Notes: generated by a model from the sequence alone, not told the origin. A DNA stretch of 64,000 nt from an uncultured Muribaculaceae bacterium (GCA_964636965.1 CAZWST010000003.1:900-64899); one strand, 5' to 3'. Positions 38,728-49,066 are shown, counted from the stretch's first letter. Numbers and translations: made by a program.

Positions 38728-40575
38728 ATGAAAGATAATATAAATGAATGTGTTAAAAGAGTATTAGAATTTGCAGAACAAGAGATGCTTGATCTTAATC
38801 ATCCGTATGTAGGAAGTGAACATTTACTTTTAAGCTTATTAAAATTTGATAAGACTAAAAAAATATTAAATAAGTATAATTTAACTTATGCTACCTTTAG
38901 AGAATCTTTAATAAACATAATTGGTATGTCTAATATCAAAAGCAAATATGTTTTATATACACCACTTCTAAAATTAATAATTAAAAAAACTCTTGAAAGT
39001 GAAGGGGAATCAAGTGATGAAATTACTTTACTTAAAGAACTAGTTTCCAGTGATGATGGAATCGCGATAAGAATAATGATGGAACTTAATATAGATGTTG
39101 ATTCACTTTATGCAGAGTTAACTAATGCTCATTCTTATCTTGATGAAATAGGTTATAATATGATGAATACTAAAGAGTTTTCTCCTTTAATTGGAAGAGA
39201 AAAAGAAATAGACTCTATGTTAGAAATACTTTTAAGAAAGAATAAAAATAATCCACTTCTTATTGGAGAAGCAGGGGTAGGTAAAACAGCTATAGTTTAT
39301 GAACTTGCTAAAAGAATAAAAGAAGGAAATGTCCCAAATGCTTTAAAAAATAAAAAAATCTATATGCTTGATATGGCAAGCTTACTTTCTAATACTAAAT
39401 ATCGCGGAGAGTTTGAAACAAAGATTAATAACTTAATAAAAGAAACAATCGCGAAAGAAAACATAATTTTATTTATTGATGAAATACATACCATCGTACG
39501 CACAGGAGGCGGAGAAGGTTCATGTGATGCAGCTAATATTTTAAAACCATACCTAGCAAACGGAAAAATAAAATTAATTGGTGCTACAACTAATCGTGAA
39601 TATGATACATTTATAAGTTCTGATGCAGCACTTTCTAGAAGATTTGCCCGCATTTCTGTAAGTGAGCCAACTGAAGAAGAGACATACAAGATACTACTTG
39701 GAGTAAAGGATTCATATGAAGAATTTCATAAAATAAAAATAGCTGATGAACAACTTAAAGATATCACACATCTTTCTACAAAATATATCACAACTAATCA
39801 AAATCCTGATAAATCACTTGAAGTACTAGATTGTCTTTTATCACATGTAAAATTAAAAAGTGAAAATAATCGTGATATGTATACATTTAATGAATTTTTA
39901 AAGAATAAAGATTATAAAAATGCTTTAAAGTTAAAAACAAAAAATATGCCAACTATTAAAACCGAAGATATTATTTCTGTTGTTGAAAAGTTAGCTAACA
40001 TTAAAGTCTTAAATAATACACATTATGAAAAAGTATGTAAGGCTTTAGATAAATCAGTTAAATATCAGAATTTAACAAAATTAAAAGAATTATTAAAGAA
40101 AAAATGTACAACTAATAAAATAGTTGGTATTGAAATAAAAGGTCCATCAGGCTGTGGTAAAACTTATACAGCACATGTTATAAGAGATGCATTAGAATAT
40201 AATCTAATTGAATTAGATATGAAAGAATTTAGAAGTTCAACTTCAATAAATCGTCTTATTGGTTCAGATCCAGGATATGTAGGTTATGAATCAACAACTA
40301 TTTTGGATAAAATAAAATATAATCCTTATTCCTTAATACTCTTAAAAAATATTGAATATGCAGGAACTCAAGTATTAGAATTATTTAATTCTATAATAGA
40401 TAAAGGTTATTTAACAGATAAATATAATAATAAGATAGATTTTAACAATACCCTAATAATAAAAACCAATAATGAATTAACTTCTAAAATTGGATATGAT
40501 GAAGCTAATACTTTAAATGAGAATATAGTGAATTATACATATATAAAAAATAAAGAACTTAATCTAGCAAGTTAA
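38728..40575 (+). CDS. ClpC/ClpE-like AAA+ ATPase, short atypical form (Clp_N repeats, intact D1, truncated/degenerate D2)
   Basis: Clp N-repeat HPYVGSEHLLLSLL. D1 Walker A GEAGVGKTAIV, Walker B ILFIDEIHT, sensor GKIKLIGATT, SRRFARISVSEP. D2 P-loop GPSGCGKTYTA, but the Walker B DE is replaced (LLKNIEYAG). The protein ends ~60 aa after the D2 core. No recognisable ClpP-docking loop. Confidence 0.65.
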   Translation: MKDNINECVKRVLEFAEQEMLDLNHPYVGSEHLLLSLLKFDKTKKILNKYNLTYATFRESLINIIGMSNIKSKYVLYTPLLKLIIKKTLESEGESSDEITLLKELVSSDDGIAIRIMMELNIDVDSLYAELTNAHSYLDEIGYNMMNTKEFSPLIGREKEIDSMLEILLRKNKNNPLLIGEAGVGKTAIVYELAKRIKEGNVPNALKNKKIYMLDMASLLSNTKYRGEFETKINNLIKETIAKENIILFIDEIHTIVRTGGGEGSCDAANILKPYLANGKIKLIGATTNREYDTFISSDAALSRRFARISVSEPTEEETYKILLGVKDSYEEFHKIKIADEQLKDITHLSTKYITTNQNPDKSLEVLDCLLSHVKLKSENNRDMYTFNEFLKNKDYKNALKLKTKNMPTIKTEDIISVVEKLANIKVLNNTHYEKVCKALDKSVKYQNLTKLKELLKKKCTTNKIVGIEIKGPSGCGKTYTAHVIRDALEYNLIELDMKEFRSSTSINRLIGSDPGYVGYESTTILDKIKYNPYSLILLKNIEYAGTQVLELFNSIIDKGYLTDKYNNKIDFNNTLIIKTNNELTSKIGYDEANTLNENIVNYTYIKNKELNLAS

Positions 40576-40660
40576 ATATTAATTTTACACTCAATAAAAT
40601 AAACTTATTTATAACTAGTAATTTTTATTATATAATTAATACAGAATAGAAGGGTATGTT

Positions 40661-41566
40661 ATGAATGAAGATAAAAGATTTAAACAAATTAATCGTATCG
40701 CAACACCTATTAAAGTAAATGATGCAAATACTACGAATAATTCAAATAATCAAAGTACTCTTGATGCACAAATTAAAGATAGCATAAGTGCAATACCTCC
40801 TAAAAAGGAAGTAAAAAAGATTCAAAAAAAGAGAAAAAAGGTAAATAAAGAAAGAGTATTGCAAACTTTAATAATAATATTTGTAATAGGTATCATTGCG
40901 TCTTCTATATATTTATTAATACCAGAGTCCATTTCTCAATCTAAAATTAAATATAATGACATATCTACAACTACAACAATTCCTAACCTTAGTGGGTATT
41001 ACTTTGAAAATATAAAATTAAATGAAAGTATATTTATAGATAATGATATTAACTATAAAGCTGGAAATTTTACAATAAGAAAAGTAAATAATAATATATA
41101 TATTAATGATAAAGAAATAACTAAAAAAGAATATTTTTATTCTAGTGTTGGCTTAATAGACGATTTAATTATTTTTACTGCTAAAGATAAAAATAATAGA
41201 ACTACTGAAATGTATATAGTTGATTCATTAGGTAATACCTTATTAAATATGTATCATATTGGTGATATAAATGGTATGGTAATAAGCGATGAAGATGCAT
41301 CAGTTATATATAATTCAGAAGCTATAACTATAGTATCTAAAAATGTAATTGGAGATAAATTAATTCCAAATAATAATATAAATAGCAGCAGTCCTGTTTC
41401 AATTTGTAATGAAGATGATTTATTTGCATCATCTATTGAAACTTCAAAACCCGTAATAGTTCACTATTCACTTTCATATAAAGGGAATCACGAGTTTAAT
41501 GCTTTAGAAAATATATATGAAAAAAGTCTTGAAGAATACAAAAACGAATTTAATTATTGTAAATAA
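40661..41566 (+). CDS. Hypothetical type-II membrane protein (301 aa)
   Basis: Cytoplasmic N-terminus with a K-rich stretch (KKIQKKRKKVNKER), then TM LQTLIIIFVIGIIASSIYLLI. Confidence 0.45.
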   Translation: MNEDKRFKQINRIATPIKVNDANTTNNSNNQSTLDAQIKDSISAIPPKKEVKKIQKKRKKVNKERVLQTLIIIFVIGIIASSIYLLIPESISQSKIKYNDISTTTTIPNLSGYYFENIKLNESIFIDNDINYKAGNFTIRKVNNNIYINDKEITKKEYFYSSVGLIDDLIIFTAKDKNNRTTEMYIVDSLGNTLLNMYHIGDINGMVISDEDASVIYNSEAITIVSKNVIGDKLIPNNNINSSSPVSICNEDDLFASSIETSKPVIVHYSLSYKGNHEFNALENIYEKSLEEYKNEFNYCK

Positions 41567-41573
41567 TATCCAT

Positions 41574-41610
41574 AAATGTACATATAAATTAATATGTACA
41601 TTTTACTTTT
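41574..41610 (+). terminator. Rho-independent terminator
   Basis: AAATGTACATA (41574-41584) / TATGTACATTT (41593-41603) followed by a T-rich tail. Confidence 0.6.
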
Positions 41611-41657
41611 AAATAAGAATTAATTAGTATATAATATATATAAAAGAAGGGATAATT

Positions 41658-41693
41658 ATGCAAAAACGATGTTGCCTTACTTATAATTTTTAA
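41658..41693 (+). other. Candidate 11-codon leader mini-ORF (MQKRCCLTYNF) with tandem Cys codons immediately upstream of cysS
   Basis: RBS AAGAAGGGA 7 nt before ATG 41658. Codons TGT TGC at 41670-41675. Stop TAA 41691-41693, 24 nt before the cysS ATG (41718), which has its own RBS AAAGGA. Confidence 0.3.
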
Positions 41694-41717
41694 TAAAATA
41701 AGAAAGGATTAATATTT

Positions 41718-43115
41718 ATGAAATTATATAATACATTAACAAAAAAAATAGAAGAATTTATTCCTAATGAGGAAGGAAATGTTAAAATTTATACATGTGG
41801 ACCAACAGTATATCATTATGCCCATATTGGAAATATGCGTAATTATATTGGTCATGATGTATTAGTTAGAACTTTAAAATATATTGGATACAATGTTACT
41901 AGAGCTATGAATATCACTGATGTTGGTCATTTAACAAGTGATTCAGACTCTGGTGAAGATAAAATGGAAGTGGCTAAAAAAAGAGAAGGAAAGTCAGCTT
42001 ATGAAATTGCTGAATTTTATACAGAAGCTTTCTTTAAAGACTACGATGCCTTAAACAATTTAAGACCTGATATAACTTCTAAAGCTACAGAGAATATTGA
42101 TATGTACATTAAAATGATTCAAAAATTATTAGATGATGATATTGCGTACACATCTGGTGGAAATGTTTACTTTGATATTTCCAAGGTAAAAAACTATTAT
42201 TGCTTAACTAATCAAGCAGCAGAAGATAAGATGGTTGTTGGAGTAAGAGAAGGTGTTGAGTTTGATGGTAATAAACGAAATCAAGCTGACTTTGCTCTAT
42301 GGTTTACATCATCTAAATTTGAAAATCATGAAATGCTTTGGGATTCTCCATTTGGAGTAGGTTATCCCGGATGGCATATTGAATGTTCTGGTATATCCAT
42401 TAAGTATTTAGGTGAATATTTAGATATTCATGGTGGTGGTGTAGACAATATCTTCCCACATCATACAAATGAAATTGCACAAAGTGAAGCTTACCTTGGA
42501 CACAAATGGTGCAATTATTGGTTCCATAATGAACACTTGCTTGACGATACTGGAAAGATGAGCAAGTCTCATGGTGAATTCTTAACAGTTTCACTTTTAA
42601 TTGAAAAAGGATATGATCCAATAAGTTTTAGATTCTTATGCTTAAATAGTCATTACAGAAAACAATTACTTTTCTCATATGATGCTTTAAATCAAGCAGA
42701 ATCAACTTTAAAGAAATTAAGAAATAAAATATCTATGATTGAATTATCTGGTGAAATAGATGATACATTATTTAAAAAGTATGATGAATCATTTAAAAAT
42801 GCCTTAGAAAATGATTTAAATACTGCCAATGCTTTATCAGTCGTTTATGAATTATTAAAAGATAATGAAGTAAATGGTAATACAAAACTAGAATTAATTA
42901 AATCTTTTGATAAAGTTCTAGCTTTAGATTTAATTAAAGAAAACACAAAAGTTGCAGCAGATGAAGAAATACTTAAATTAATTGAGGCTCGAAATGTTGC
43001 AAAATCTAAAAAAGATTTCGAATTAGCTGATTCTATAAGAGAAGATTTATATAAAAAAGGAATTGAACTAATTGATACAAGAGAAGGAACAACTTATAAA
43101 ATAGTTGGTTCATAA
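41718..43115 (+). CDS. cysS: Cysteinyl-tRNA synthetase
   Basis: HIGH motif (HIGNMRNY), KMSKS motif (KMSKSHG), Zn-binding Cys and CysRS-specific GWHIECS. 465 aa. Confidence 0.9.
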   Translation: MKLYNTLTKKIEEFIPNEEGNVKIYTCGPTVYHYAHIGNMRNYIGHDVLVRTLKYIGYNVTRAMNITDVGHLTSDSDSGEDKMEVAKKREGKSAYEIAEFYTEAFFKDYDALNNLRPDITSKATENIDMYIKMIQKLLDDDIAYTSGGNVYFDISKVKNYYCLTNQAAEDKMVVGVREGVEFDGNKRNQADFALWFTSSKFENHEMLWDSPFGVGYPGWHIECSGISIKYLGEYLDIHGGGVDNIFPHHTNEIAQSEAYLGHKWCNYWFHNEHLLDDTGKMSKSHGEFLTVSLLIEKGYDPISFRFLCLNSHYRKQLLFSYDALNQAESTLKKLRNKISMIELSGEIDDTLFKKYDESFKNALENDLNTANALSVVYELLKDNEVNGNTKLELIKSFDKVLALDLIKENTKVAADEEILKLIEARNVAKSKKDFELADSIREDLYKKGIELIDTREGTTYKIVGS

Positions 43116-43164
43116 TTTAACACATTTTTCACAAAACTATGTTAGATTGGATATGGTGAATTAA

Positions 43165-43836
43165 ATGGATTTAATGATTATAATATATTTACTACTTTTA
43201 GTAATACCTACAATCGCGACAATTAATATTAATGCAAATTATAAAAAATATAAGCAAATCGATACAAATAAAAAATTAAGTGGATTTGAAGTTGCTAGAA
43301 AAATACTTGATGAAAATGGACTTAAAGATATTTATATTGTTGAAGTACCTGGAGAATTAACTGATTGCTATGATCCAATAAGAAAGACAGTAAAACTTAG
43401 CAGTGATGTATTTCATGGTGAAAGTATAGCAGCTACTTCAGTTGCTGCTCATGAATGCGGACATGCAATTCAAGATAAAGAAGGATATACTTGGATGAAA
43501 ATTAGAAGTATGATTTTCCCATTCGTATCATTTACAAATAAAGTTGCTTACTTCGCATTAATAGCTGGATTTATCTTCCAAGCCGCTGATTTAATATTAA
43601 TATCTGTTATCTTAACTTCTGCATCTCTTTTATTCCAACTAGTTACTTTACCAGTGGAATTTGATGCATCTGCTCGTGCTAATAATATCTTAGTTGAGTT
43701 AGGATTAATAGATGATCTTGAAGTTTTAGGAACAAAGAAAGTATTAAAGAGTGCAGCTATGACTTATGTAGCTGGTGTACTTACAACTATCTTACAAATG
43801 TTATACTATTTACTAGCATTTAGAGATAGAGACTAA
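43165..43836 (+). CDS. Membrane zinc metallopeptidase, YugP-like (Zn_peptidase_2 family)
   Basis: N-terminal TM. HExxH motif VAAHECGHAIQ. C-terminal TM helices. 223 aa is typical of YugP. Confidence 0.7.
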   Translation: MDLMIIIYLLLLVIPTIATININANYKKYKQIDTNKKLSGFEVARKILDENGLKDIYIVEVPGELTDCYDPIRKTVKLSSDVFHGESIAATSVAAHECGHAIQDKEGYTWMKIRSMIFPFVSFTNKVAYFALIAGFIFQAADLILISVILTSASLLFQLVTLPVEFDASARANNILVELGLIDDLEVLGTKKVLKSAAMTYVAGVLTTILQMLYYLLAFRDRD

Positions 43837-43864
43837 AAGGAGATATTTTCTCCTTTTAATTTTT
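43835..43864 (+). terminator. Rho-independent terminator
   Basis: AAAAGGAGA tatt TCTCCTTTT. Confidence 0.7.
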
Positions 43865-43909
43865 TTTAATTATTGATATAATAGATAATCAAGAAAAGAA
43901 GGAATAAAA

Positions 43910-45415
43910 ATGACTCTAGAAGAAATATTATCAAGTAATGTTGAAATTGACTTTAAACTATTAGATGATAACAATATTACACTAAATGATGTAATAGATA
44001 ATGGAAAATTAAGTGAAATTAATCCAGAAAGATATTTAAGTATTTTAAAATCATACACTTATATTAGTAATAAGATATATTTAAGATTCTTAATTATGTA
44101 TTATTCGGTAAAACTTGAAAAGTATGAAGACGCTTATGTGTATGCTGATTACCTTTATAAAAATGATGATAAATATAGACAAGATATGGCTTTATATTTA
44201 ATCATGCTTGAGGAAATACTTGGAAAAACTCCAAAGTACAATATATCTATATCTAATGTTTTAGTGCCAAATTATGATACTAGATATTTTAATACAAATT
44301 TTCATAATAACATTAGAAGACAAATATATAATAAGGAATATGATCAAGCATTTAAAGCCATTAAAAAAAGTTTTATAGGTAAAGCAAGTGTTTCTGAAAG
44401 TACAATTTATCATTTACTAAAAGCAATAAAAAATAAAAGAACATTTGATATTCTTGAAGCTCTTGAAAATAAAGATTTTGAAAAACTAGATAATTATTTT
44501 TATGGATTAAAAGACGAAACGAGCACAAATAGGAATAAGTTAGCATTATATGAAATTTGGAAAGACATTGTTTATGGATATCCATTAGGTGAACCTAAAG
44601 AAATGCCAAAATCATATAATCTTACAGATGCAGTAGAAGCAAGAGATATTGATAAAGTTATTAAAACTGCTAATGAACCAATAATTTCTTCTTTAGTAAA
44701 AAAGATAAAAGAAGAGGAAAATTATAGAATAGTAAGTGACTATGAAGGAAATTTAAGCGAATATTTATATAATACTTTAGAAAGTATATACTGTGCTATT
44801 CAAGTAAGTGATTTTGAAACAGCACAAGAAATTGTATGGGATTACTTTGAAACAATTGGTAAAGATATATGGCTTTTCTATATTGGAAATATGATTTTTG
44901 ATTTAAGTAAGACATATGAAAGTAAGAACGATCTAGAAAAACAAAATAGTTTAGCTAGCATATTCGATGCAATTGTATTAGCATCAAGATCAATGACTGA
45001 AGAAATTGAATCTAAATTAATCGAGAAATTAATGCCATTAAAAGAAGAAATCTATCCATATTCGAAAGTAAATGATATAGATATTGAATACAACTATAAT
45101 ATTGAAGGTATTGATGATATAATTGAAGCAATAAAAAATAAAACTATAGACTATACGCCATATGCAAGAAAATATTTCTATACTGAAGATGATATTTTTA
45201 AAATTGCAATCATGGCACGTGAGAATTATCGTTTAGGTAATAAAGAACTTGGAAATACTTTATTACAAATTGCAAGTAATTTAGCTAAAGAAAGCAAATT
45301 AAAATCAAGCGAACTTAAATACTTCATTAAAGCAATAGAAATGAATAAAGATAATTTAAATGGAAAAGAAAGAGTTCCATTTAATGAAGAAGTAAAGATG
45401 TTACTAACAAAGTAA
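43910..45415 (+). CDS. Hypothetical cytoplasmic protein (501 aa)
   Basis: RBS AAGGAA. No TM. Helical-repeat-like composition. No recognised catalytic motif. Confidence 0.5.
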   Translation: MTLEEILSSNVEIDFKLLDDNNITLNDVIDNGKLSEINPERYLSILKSYTYISNKIYLRFLIMYYSVKLEKYEDAYVYADYLYKNDDKYRQDMALYLIMLEEILGKTPKYNISISNVLVPNYDTRYFNTNFHNNIRRQIYNKEYDQAFKAIKKSFIGKASVSESTIYHLLKAIKNKRTFDILEALENKDFEKLDNYFYGLKDETSTNRNKLALYEIWKDIVYGYPLGEPKEMPKSYNLTDAVEARDIDKVIKTANEPIISSLVKKIKEEENYRIVSDYEGNLSEYLYNTLESIYCAIQVSDFETAQEIVWDYFETIGKDIWLFYIGNMIFDLSKTYESKNDLEKQNSLASIFDAIVLASRSMTEEIESKLIEKLMPLKEEIYPYSKVNDIDIEYNYNIEGIDDIIEAIKNKTIDYTPYARKYFYTEDDIFKIAIMARENYRLGNKELGNTLLQIASNLAKESKLKSSELKYFIKAIEMNKDNLNGKERVPFNEEVKMLLTK

Positions 45416-45481
45416 CATCTTTTTTCATAAATAGGTTTAAAATTGCATTTATTTTTGATAATATATTAATAGAGGTGCAAA

Positions 45482-47017
45482 ATGAAAAAAATAAATACTT
45501 TTATAAATAAATATAGGACTACCATATTACGAGTAATAGCTATTTTAATACTATTAATACTTGTTTTATTTATTATTAAATTTATAAGTATGGGAACTAA
45601 TAAAAAGATAATTGATCCAGAAGTATCAACATCATTCTTTATAAAGAATAAAGATAATAAATACGCTATGTTTAATGAAAAAGGAAAGAAATTAACTGAC
45701 TTTATTTATGACTCTGTTGAAGAACTTTATAATGGTGTTGCTAAAGTAAAAGATAAAGATGGTAAAGTTGCTATTCTAAATGAAAAAGGAAAATATGTAG
45801 TTAAGCCAGGAAAATATAAAGAGATTACTCAAAATGGTGGACTATTTAAGGCAAAAGAAAAGGAAAACACATATAGCTTATTAAATTCAAAAGGTAAAAA
45901 AATAATTAAGTCGAGTGCTTTTGATATTAAATCAAATTCCTATGTTTACGATACAACTGTAGTTTTAAATAAAGATAAATATGTAGTATATACATATAAT
46001 GGAAAAAAAGTTTATTCATTTAAAGTTAAAGAAAATGAAGAAAATCAAATTGCTCCAACAACAAGTAATTATAAAGAATACACATCAGTATTCTATGATG
46101 GCCTAACAATTATATTTAACTCAAATACAGGAAAAATTCTAACTAAGATAAAAGATGATGAACAATATTGCATTAATAACACAAATGAAGATGGAAGTAT
46201 AATCTCGCTTAATACTTGTGTTACATGGTATGCATCATCTGAAAATACAAAGTTTAAAATTCTTGAAAATGGTAAATTAAAAAGTAAAGATAATGAATGT
46301 GATTCAGTTACTTTAAATGGTGAAAGTTTAGTTTGTACAAAAAATGAAGTTGGTCATTTATTAGATAAGAAATGGAAAATACTAAATACAGATTTAAGTT
46401 TAATGTCATACAAAGATAGCAATAATTATGCTGTTAAAGTTGGAAATGACGTTCAAATACTAAGAAATGGAAAAGTTGTTAAGACAATTGAAAATGCTAT
46501 TCTTTCAGATAAAGGATATACAGAAAATGGATATTATTTAGTATATAAAGATAATGAGTATACTTTCTATAATTCCAAAGGAAAAGAATTATTTGGCAAA
46601 AAATTTAAACGTGCAATAACTTTTGACTCTAATAATCTATCACGTGTAAGTGAAGATGGAGAAAAATATTATTTCATCAACATTAAGGGTAAAAAAGTAG
46701 GAGAGTACATTGATTCATCTTATCAAGTAAAAGATTATTATATTATTACTAAAGATGGTAAAAAAGGTATAATGAATAAGAATGGTAAAATAGTGATTAA
46801 TGCTATATATGATAATGTTGAAATAAAGAATAACAATGATGACTATTATGCTTTTGTTAAAAAAGATGATGAATATAAATTAATAGATTTAAGAAACAAA
46901 AAAGAAGTATTAAAAACTAGTGTTACTCCATCATTTTTAGATCACTATTTAAAGATAGAAAGTGATAATAAAACAACCTATTATACATATTCAGGTAAAA
47001 AACTTTTTGAAGAATAA
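45482..47017 (+). CDS. Membrane-anchored WG-repeat (KWG-type) protein
   Basis: N-terminal TM ILRVIAILILLILVLFIIKFI. Multiple ~35-aa repeats containing (Y/F)xxF/VxEGLAxVKKDGK-type WG-repeat signatures (e.g. KYAMFNEKGKKLTDFIYDSVEELYNGVAKVKDKDGKVAILNEKGKYVV; DYYAFVKKDDEYKLIDLRNKKEV). Confidence 0.6.
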   Translation: MKKINTFINKYRTTILRVIAILILLILVLFIIKFISMGTNKKIIDPEVSTSFFIKNKDNKYAMFNEKGKKLTDFIYDSVEELYNGVAKVKDKDGKVAILNEKGKYVVKPGKYKEITQNGGLFKAKEKENTYSLLNSKGKKIIKSSAFDIKSNSYVYDTTVVLNKDKYVVYTYNGKKVYSFKVKENEENQIAPTTSNYKEYTSVFYDGLTIIFNSNTGKILTKIKDDEQYCINNTNEDGSIISLNTCVTWYASSENTKFKILENGKLKSKDNECDSVTLNGESLVCTKNEVGHLLDKKWKILNTDLSLMSYKDSNNYAVKVGNDVQILRNGKVVKTIENAILSDKGYTENGYYLVYKDNEYTFYNSKGKELFGKKFKRAITFDSNNLSRVSEDGEKYYFINIKGKKVGEYIDSSYQVKDYYIITKDGKKGIMNKNGKIVINAIYDNVEIKNNNDDYYAFVKKDDEYKLIDLRNKKEVLKTSVTPSFLDHYLKIESDNKTTYYTYSGKKLFEE

Positions 47018-47021
47018 ATTT

Positions 47022-47053
47022 GTACACACTTTATTTGAAGTGTGTACTTTTTT
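47022..47053 (+). terminator. Rho-independent terminator
   Basis: GTACACACT ttatttga AGTGTGTAC followed by TTTTTTG. Confidence 0.7.
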
Positions 47054-47134
47054 GTTAATATGAGTAAATTATCTTGCTTTAGTGTGGTGAAATATTATAT
47101 TATAGATTTATTCACTTAAAAGGAGGTTTAATAT

Positions 47135-48115
47135 ATGGAACTAAATATTTTATATGCAGCAAACCATAGATATATAAATATTATGGCAACATCAATGCTA
47201 TCATTAATTATGAATAATAAAAAATCAAATATTCATTTTCATATAATGACTTCTAACTTTACAGAAACTGATTATATTTTAATAAATAATATTATTAACG
47301 GAGCAAAAAATACAAGTGTATCTTACTATGATGTAGATACATATAGTATAGAAAAATTCAATATACCTAACTGGCGTGGAACACAAATAGCTAATGCAAG
47401 ATTATTTTTTGCCGACATAGTTGATGTAGATAATATTGATAAACTTCTATATTTAGATTCTGATACAATAGTTGTAGGAGACCTTACGGATATTAATAAT
47501 TTTGAAGGAAACATTTGTGCTGTACCAGAGACAATTTTAAAATATAGATTAAATGAACTGGGAATTGATAGATATTTTAATAGTGGAGTAATACTTTTTG
47601 ATGTTAAAGAATGGTTAGATCTTGATTATCAAAAAAGAATAATAGATTTTAGAAGAGCTAATTCAAATATTACTTTAAAATATCCTGATCAAGACTTGCT
47701 CAATGCCTCAATTGGAAAATATATCACTGAACTACCAAATATATATAATTTACTTCCATATGCCTTAGCAGACTTTTTTAGATTCAATGAAGCATTTTAT
47801 AAAGATAAAAGAAAATATAACCCAATCGAAGATATAAAAAGTGTTAGCAAGGATGCTAAAATATATCATAGTGCTGGATTTTTTGATATTAAACCTTGGA
47901 TGGAAAATAAAGTAAATCCAATGAATGAAGAATTTGAAAAATATGCTGAGATGGTAAATCCTGACTTAAATAAGGAGAAATTAAGTGGTATAAGAAATAT
48001 TTTAGCTAATAACAAGCTATTATTTTTCTACGTTATGTATCTAAAATCATGTGTATTACCAGAAAGGGTAATTGAATCTTTAGAAAATGTATCCTTAAAA
48101 AGAAAACAAAAATAA
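47135..48115 (+). CDS. Glycosyltransferase family 8 (LPS 1,3-galactosyltransferase/GspA-like)
   Basis: GT8 motifs: nucleotide-binding LYAANHRY, DxD-containing LYLDSDTIVVGDL, FNSGVILFDVKEW, and the C-terminal H-x-x-G-x-x-KPW-like YHSAGFFDIKPW. Confidence 0.75.
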   Translation: MELNILYAANHRYINIMATSMLSLIMNNKKSNIHFHIMTSNFTETDYILINNIINGAKNTSVSYYDVDTYSIEKFNIPNWRGTQIANARLFFADIVDVDNIDKLLYLDSDTIVVGDLTDINNFEGNICAVPETILKYRLNELGIDRYFNSGVILFDVKEWLDLDYQKRIIDFRRANSNITLKYPDQDLLNASIGKYITELPNIYNLLPYALADFFRFNEAFYKDKRKYNPIEDIKSVSKDAKIYHSAGFFDIKPWMENKVNPMNEEFEKYAEMVNPDLNKEKLSGIRNILANNKLLFFYVMYLKSCVLPERVIESLENVSLKRKQK

Positions 48116-48118
48116 AAC

Positions 48119-49066
48119 TTATCTTTCACTGAAGATAAGTTTTTTATTACTTAGCCATAATACTAGTAAAACAAATATTAATATAATAGGAGTGTATTTA
48201 TAGATAAATAAGATATATTCATAATGATTATTCATGTATGTTGTTATAACTAAGAGGATAGGTAAGATGATGTTTATAACTTTGGTATTTTTAACATTAT
48301 TTTTAATTGAATTTCCACATGATGCAAGTAGCATAAATACATCAATTATCCACATAAATGAAACAATGTTTTCAATATTTTGTATTGCTGTAGTTAGACT
48401 TACTTCTTTTAAAATTAAATATTCAGGGTATCTAACAATACTACTTACATTAGCACCCAGTATGCCATAAGTAAGCATGAATATTATTCCCATAGTTAAG
48501 CAGGATATTAAATATGTCTTATAAATATTAATATCTTTTGTCTTATTATTTCTAGTTAAGAATGTAGGTGTAACTGAATAAACGGCAAACTCAATTGCTG
48601 ATTTGATTATATTGTTAATAGAAACTCCTGTATAATAGAAATTATCTAAAGTAAAATATCTTGATAAAGAAAAGAAAGCAAATATATAACATAATAGGTT
48701 AAAAAATAGCATAATACCAGATAATCTATATAAAACAATTTCTTTTTTGTTAAGTAAATACATAAGCAGTAAACAGAAGGGTAAACCAATTAAAAACTTG
48801 GGCATCTTAGTTAAATACATAGTTGAAATCATATTTATAAGAATAACTAAAGAAATAATTATAATAGTTGAATTAAGTAAGACGTTAATTATAGATGATT
48901 TCATTTCTAATTTTAAAAGATACAAAAGTATTAAACCGATAAGAGCACCTAAGATTATAGAAACATAAAAATATTCATGAGATACAGCAATAATTCTTGA
49001 AAGTCCAATACCCATAAATAAAGCTCTTGTATTAAAATAGTTTAATATATTAAAGTCTTTTTTCAT
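48119..49066 (-). CDS. gerXB: Spore germination protein, GerAB/GerKB-like integral membrane subunit (B subunit of a GerA-family receptor)
   Basis: 315 aa, ~9-10 predicted TM helices. Last gene of a minus-strand operon, overlapping the upstream lipoprotein gene by 4 nt. Assignment rests on context with the A and C subunits. Confidence 0.55.
   Translation of the reverse strand: MKKDFNILNYFNTRALFMGIGLSRIIAVSHEYFYVSIILGALIGLILLYLLKLEMKSSIINVLLNSTIIIISLVILINMISTMYLTKMPKFLIGLPFCLLLMYLLNKKEIVLYRLSGIMLFFNLLCYIFAFFSLSRYFTLDNFYYTGVSINNIIKSAIEFAVYSVTPTFLTRNNKTKDINIYKTYLISCLTMGIIFMLTYGILGANVSSIVRYPEYLILKEVSLTTAIQNIENIVSFMWIIDVFMLLASCGNSIKNNVKNTKVINIILPILLVITTYMNNHYEYILFIYKYTPIILIFVLLVLWLSNKKLIFSER

Noticed and set aside
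41567-41717. T-box riboswitch upstream of cysS
   Set aside because: The intergenic region is only ~150 nt and is occupied by the upstream terminator, a promoter-like TATAAT and the mini-ORF. It is too short for a T-box leader, and I could not find the T-box consensus (AATTAGGGTGGNACCGCG).
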